DNA of 64,000 nt from Octopus sinensis (lineage: Eukaryota), in assembly GCF_006345805.1 (NCBI RefSeq), contig NC_043004.1, positions 39,432,001-39,496,000 of the forward strand, in the 5' to 3' direction. Below the pieces are notes generated by a model, which worked only from the letters and a program-made list of their open reading frames with translations, was not told the origin of the DNA and made no database searches. The first letter of the stretch is position 1, and every line of letters begins with the position of its first letter. The position numbers and the translations under genes are program-made. Of the stretch, positions 61,407 through 64,000 are shown piece after piece.

Positions 61407-61519
61407 TATGTATGTATATATATATATGTATGTATATATATATATGTATGTATATATGCTTGTATGTATATATGCATGTACATATATATTAGATATATAT
61501 TGTGTGTGCGCGTGTGGAT

Positions 61520-61690
61520 GCACAAGCGTGGCTGAGTGGTAAGAATCTTACTTCCCAGCCACATAGTTCTGGGTTCAGTCACACTGCATGGCACCTTGGG
61601 CAAGTGTCTTCTACTACAACCTCGGGTCAACCAAAACCTTTTGAGTGGATTTAGTATATGGAAACTGAAAGAAGCTCGTTGTATACATGC
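61520..61690 (+). mobile_element. Family A SINE head and CORE-like domain
   Basis: Diverged match, ends in microsatellite. Confidence 0.78.
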
Positions 61691-61699
61691 ACACACACA

Positions 61700-61736
<37 letters not shown>

Positions 61737-62161
61737 CACATATTTTCGTCTAGCCACCTTCGTTAATTCATATATATATATACACTCATACATACATATA
61801 TACATAAATGTGTATGTGTGTGTGCTGCTGCTTTGTATAAAACTTGTTTTTTGTGTGCGTAGAAGTCACAAAGCTAAATTCCATCATTGTTCGTTTCATC
61901 TAAATATCACAAAGTCTGAATAAAAGTTTCAAATACTGAAATCAGAAATGCATTGAAAAGCGACATTTTCCAGTTCTTTTGTTATTTAGCCTAGCCTAGC
62001 CTAACCGAAGTCTATACCAACGATTATTATATACAGCTTATTGTTAACAGAATCATTACAACAGCAACCAGCAAGCAGAATCATTGTGTTACGGTTGACA
62101 TCAGGTGATTCTAGATTACAAAAGTATATATTTAGTTATGTTTTATTGAACATCGCGTTTG

Positions 62162-62200
<39 letters not shown>

Positions 62201-62269
62201 ATTTTCCTTTTGTCTTTTGTCTTCGCATATTTATGTCTTTTAGTTTCGTGAGATATACATACATTATAT

Positions 62270-62306
<37 letters not shown>

Positions 62307-62658
62307 TGTCTGTGTGTGTGTGCATAAATATATTGTATGTTTATGTAGATATTTCTCTGAAGTTATGTACGACTACAAAGGGGGAAACGTTCGATTTATT
62401 CATATAAATTATTTTGTATTGGTGTACACACACACACACAACACACACTCACATATCTCACACCCACATCACACGCATGTGCACAAACATACGTACATAC
62501 ATACACACATACAGCAACAGAGAAACGGAGAGGCTGATAGATGGATAGATAGATAGATAGATAGACAGACAGATAGATATTTTCATATATACATAGATTT
62601 ATATTATAGTTTGTCATATTCAATATTATTCTTTTATAACTTGCCATAATATATATAT

Positions 62659-62819
62659 ATTAAGCAATTATTAGTGGGTGTGTGTGTGTGTGCAGGCGTG
62701 TTTGTATCAGTATGTGTCTGACTAACAATATTTGTATGTATGTATATATGTATGTTTATATGAACATGTACCTATACATACATATATATGCATATACACA
62801 CATATATATGTACATTATG

Positions 62820-62850
<31 letters not shown>

Positions 62851-63055
62851 ATGTACATATATATGTGTGTATATGCATATATATGTATGTATATGTTTAT
62901 ATGAACATGTACCTATACATATACATACATAATGTACATATATATGTGTATATGCATATATATGTATGTATATGTATAGGTACATGTTCATATAAACATA
63001 CATATATACATACATACAAATATTGTTAGTCTGACACATACTGATACAAACACGC

Positions 63056-63093
<38 letters not shown>

Positions 63094-63138
63094 ACACACA
63101 AACACACACACACATACACCCACTAATAATTGCTTAAT
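62659..63138. repeat. Large microsatellite-rich fold-back inversion
   Basis: ATTAAGCAATTATTAGTGGG / CCCACTAATAATTGCTTAAT outer arms. CAGGCGTGTTTGTATCAGTATGTGTC..CATGTACCTATAC arms are near-perfect reverse complements. Confidence 0.88.
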
Positions 63139-63569
63139 TTGCTTTATATATTTACATTGTATTATTTCATTGTCCTTCAAATACAATTAATACAATAATT
63201 AGAAATTATTAATTGTTGATTGACTTTCCAACAAATATGAATCTGAAACTTTTCATAACGATTTTATGATATGAATTCCGAACGAACAGGAATGAGACGG
63301 CCAAAGATAAACAGAATAATAAAGCCTAACAATTAGCTAGGTATTTCATTATATAAATTATAGCTTTACTTTTCCCTGGTTTTAATCATTAGACTGTAGC
63401 CACGCTTGGGAGCCGTCTTGAAGAGTTTAGTCGAAGACATCAACCCATCTATTTTATTTAAATTCTGGTACTTATTTTATCGGTCTCTTACGACCAACCG
63501 ACACCGATCGTCAAGCGGAGGGAAGGGTATGCACAAACACAAACACAAAGTCACACGCACACACACACA

Positions 63570-63610
<41 letters not shown>

Positions 63611-63726
63611 TATTGTTGTTTTTTTGTCCAAAAGGGTTTGTTCTCCTAATATTTACTTGTCAATAACAGCATATACGTACTATTGTAATAGCTTTATCTA
63701 CTTCGCGTTCTACAGTTAAAAACGAT

Positions 63727-63789
<63 letters not shown>

Positions 63790-63790
<1 letters not shown>

Positions 63791-63985
63791 AAGTTAATCC
63801 AAACATGAAAACACAACAACGCGAGGACGTGGAACAAATATAGTATTATTGGACGCTCAGGAAAGAAGGACAGAAGGAGGGTTTAATGTTTCGAGCGGAG
63901 CTCTTGATCAGAAACATAGGAAAAGGAAAGATCCAAAGAAGAGAAGACGGAGGGAAAAAATCGTCAACGGTGTACACGCGGTCAC
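63790..63985 (-). mobile_element. Short microsatellite-flanked element with degenerate hammerhead motif
   Basis: GTTT-CTGATCA-A-GAGC-TCC-GCTC-GAAA-CATT-AAAC at 63881-63915; same family as 31550-31755. Confidence 0.55.
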
Positions 63986-64000
63986 ATATATATATATATA

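Overview
AT-rich, extremely microsatellite- and transposon-dense animal genomic DNA. The SINE families, TTAGGG arrays and repeat landscape look cephalopod (Octopus-like); that is my inference from recall, not a database result. No complete protein-coding gene is visible. Most ORF-track entries are microsatellite translations. Recognisable coding sequence is transposon-derived: a 5'-truncated Helitron with an intact PIF1-type helicase ORF, a young Tx1/L1-clade LINE embedded in (GATA)n, an older Tx1 relative, an inverted Penelope RT/GIY-YIG structure, RTE 3' ends, and DD37D and mariner transposase relics. There are also dozens of tRNA-derived SINEs and several MITEs. A few unique islands have good splice signals: a + strand membrane-protein-like exon at 18.3 kb, a - strand exon pair at 58.3-58.5 kb, and a coding-like island at 50.5-51.4 kb. 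The most notable unexplained signals are: (i) several minimal hammerhead-ribozyme motifs, one with a fully canonical core, in short microsatellite-embedded elements and in a tRNA-headed Penelope 3' end; (ii) a three-copy ~140-nt double-hairpin repeat at 1.4-4.1 kb; (iii) apparent (GATA)n targeting by the Tx1 LINE; (iv) a GG-terminal, 8-bp-TSD MITE carrying telomeric repeats; (v) several near-perfect long fold-back palindromes.
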